DNA from: Eledone cirrhosa
Lineage: Eukaryota
DNA: 64,000 nucleotides
Reading direction: 5' to 3'
Assembly (NCBI GenBank): GCA_964016885.1
Contig: OZ024740.1
Span: 386,074,001 to 386,138,000, forward strand
The notes beneath the pieces are model-generated. The model was given only the letters and a program-made list of their open reading frames with translations, had not been told where the DNA came from and made no database searches. Shown one piece after another: positions 61,101-64,000 of this stretch (position 1 is its first letter; every line of letters begins with the position of its first letter). A program made the translations under genes and the position numbers.

Positions 61101-64000
61101 GACATGTGGTTACAATGGCAAAGGAGGTAACCATTGGAGAGAGTGGTACTATATAGACATCTGGTTAGAATGGCAGAGGAGGGAACCACTGGTGAGAGTG
61201 GTACTATATAGACATCTGGTTAGAATGGGAGAGTAGGGAACCACTGGAGAGAGTGGTACTACATAGACATCTGGTTAGAATGGCAGAGGAGGGAACCACT
61301 GGAGAGAGTGGTACTACATAGACATCTGGTTAGAATGGCAGACGAGGGAACCACTGGAGAGAGTGGTACTACATAGACATCTGGTTAGAATGGCAGTTGA
61401 GGGAACCACTGGAGAGAGTGGTACTACACAGTTATCTGGTTAGAATGGGAGAGGAGGGAACCACTGGAGAGAGTGGTACTATATAAACAAATGGTTAGAA
61501 TGGCAGAGGAGGGAACCACTGGAGGTAGTGGTACTACATAGACATCTGGTTAGAATGGGAGAGCAGGGAACCACTGGAGAGAGTGGTACTATATAGACAT
61601 CTGGTTAGAATGGCAGTCGAGGGAACCACTTGAGAGAGTGGTACTACACAGACATCTGGTTAGAATGGGAGAGGAGGGAACTACTGGAGAGAGTGGTACT
61701 ATATAAACATCTGGTTAGAATGGCAGAGGAGTGAACCACTTGATAGAGTGGTACTACATAGACATCTGGTTAGAATGGCAGAGGAGGGAACCACTGGTGA
61801 GAGTGGTACTATATAAACCTCTGGTTAGAATGGCAGAGGAGGGACCCATTGGAGAGAGTGGTACTATATAGACATCTGGTTAGAATGGGAGAGTAGGGAA
61901 CCACTGGAGAGAGTGGTACTACATAGACATCTGGTTAGAATGGCAGAGGAGGGAACCACTTGATAGAGTGGTACTACATAGACATCTGGTTAGAATGGGA
62001 GAGGAGGGAACCACTGGAGAGAGTGGTACTATATAGACCTCTGGTTAGAATGGCACAGGAGGGAAGCACTGGAGAGAGTGGTACTATATAGACATCTGGT
62101 TAGAATGGGAGAACAGGGAACCACTGGAGAGAGTGGTACTACATAGACATCTGGTTAGAATGGCAGAGGAGGGAACCACTGGAGCGAGTGGTACTATATA
62201 GACATGTGTTTACAATGGCAAAGGAGGTAACCATTGGAGAGAGTGGTACTATATAGACATCTGGTTAGAATGGCAGAGGAGGGTACCACTGGTGAGAGTG
62301 GTACTATATAAACCTCTGGTTAGAATGGCAGAGGAGGGACCCATTGGAGAGAGTGGTACTATATAGACATCTGGTTAGAATGGGAGAGTAGGGAACCACT
62401 GGAGAGAGTGGTACTACATAGACATCTGGTTAGAATGGCAGAGGAGGGAACCACTGGAGAGAGTGGTACTACATAGACATCTGGTTAGAATGGCAGACGA
62501 GGGAACCACTGGAGAGAGTGGTACTACATAGACATCTGGTTAGAATGGCAGTTGAGGGAACCACTGGAGAGAGTGGTACTACACAGGCATCTGGTTAGAA
62601 TGGGAGAGGAGGGAACCACTGGAGAGAGTGGTACTATATAAACAAATGGTTAGAATGGCAGAGGAGGGAACCACTGGAGGTAGTGGTACTACATAGACAT
62701 CTAGTTAGAATGGGAGAGCAGGGAACCACTGGAGAGAGTGGTACTATATAGACATCTGGTTAGAATGGCAGAGGAGGGAACCACTTGATAGAGTGGTACT
62801 ACATAGACATCTGGTTAGAATGGGAGAGGAGGGAACCACTGGAGAGAGTGGTACTATATAGACCTCTGGTTAGAATGGCACAGGAGGGAAGCACTGGAGA
62901 GAGTGGTACTATATAGACATCTGGTTAGAATGGGAGAACAGGGAACCACTGGAGAGAGTGGTACTACATAGACATCTGTTTAGAATGGCAGAGGAGGGAA
63001 CCACTGGAGAGAGTGATACTACACAGACATCTGGTTAGAATGGGAGAGTAGGGAAACGCTGCAGAGAGTGGTACTATATAGACATCTGGTTAGAATGGCA
63101 GAGGAGGGAAACACTGGAGAGAGTAGTACTACATAGACATCTGGATAGAATGGGAGAGGAGGGAACCACTGGAGAGAGTGGTACTATATAGACATCTGGT
63201 TAGAATGGCAGTTGAGGGAACCACTGGAGAGAGTGGTACTACATAGACATCTGGTTAGAATGGCAGAGGAGGGGAGCACTGGAGTGAGTGGTACTATAGA
63301 GACATCTGGTTAGAATGACAGAGGAGGGAACCACTGGAGAGATTGGTACTACATAGACATCTAGTTACAATGGCAGAAGAGGGAACCACTGGAGAGATTG
63401 GTACTACATAGACATCTGGTTAGAATGGCAGAGGAGGGAACCATTGGAGAGAGTGGTACTATATAGACATCTGGTTAGAATGGCAGAGGAGGGAACCACT
63501 GGAGCGAGTGGTACTATATAGACATCTGGTTAGAATGGCAGTTGAGAGAACCACTGGAGAGAGTGGTACTACACAGACATCTGGTTAGAATGGGAGAGGA
63601 GGGAAGCACTGGAGTGAGTGGTACTATAGAGACATCTGGTTAGAATGACAGAGGAGGGAACCACTGGAGAGATTCGTACTACATAGACATCTGGTTAGAA
63701 TGGCAGAGGAGGGAACCATTGGAGAGAGTGGTACTATATAGACATCTGGTTAGAATGGCAGAGGAGGGAACCACTGGAGAGAGTGGTACTACACAGACAT
63801 CTGGTTAGATTGGGAGAGGAGGGAAGCACTGGAGTGAGTGGTACTATAGAGACATCTGGTTAGAATGACAGAGGAGGGAACCACTGGAGAGATTGGTACT
63901 ACATAGACGTCTAGTTACAATGGCAGAAGAGGGACCCACTGGAGAGATTGGTACTACATAGACATCTGGTTAGAATGGCAGAGGAGGGAACCATTGGAGA
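52123..64000 (+). repeat. 55-bp tandem satellite, ~216 copies, runs past the window end
   Basis: Consensus gagagtggtactatatagacatctggttagaatggcagaggagggaaccactgga; period 55 by direct count. Confidence 0.97.

Noticed and set aside
52123-64000. CRISPR-like array
   Set aside because: Contiguous 55-bp monomers with no unique spacers, no cas genes, eukaryotic context.

Overview
AT-rich animal genomic DNA, most likely an octopod cephalopod (inferred from dense (TA)n/(CA)n/(GA)n microsatellites and a multicopy tRNA-derived SINE), not prokaryotic. Bases ~1-49,000 are nested retroelements and transposons, mostly inserted into microsatellites: many Penelope-like element (PLE) copies and remnants, two R4/Dong-clade LINE copies, one Tx1/L1-clade LINE with an open ORF2, RTE/CR1/CRE fragments, a young non-autonomous LTR element, Helitron pieces, SINEs and a hAT MITE. 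One host coding exon (50464-51402, minus) encodes a type II membrane glycosyltransferase-like protein. A 55-bp satellite fills 52.1-64 kb. The strongest hidden signal is at the RNA level. I folded by hand 16 complete type I hammerhead ribozymes at PLE 3' ends. They include non-canonical cores (U3-A8 covariants, U4C, U4A) and family-specific palindromic stem III sequences. Two ORF-less ~315-320 bp tandem/inverted units carry hammerheads and are candidate non-LTR retrozymes (circular RNA elements). Most short ORFs in the supplied track are microsatellite artefacts. All folds and family assignments were made by eye; no searches were run.
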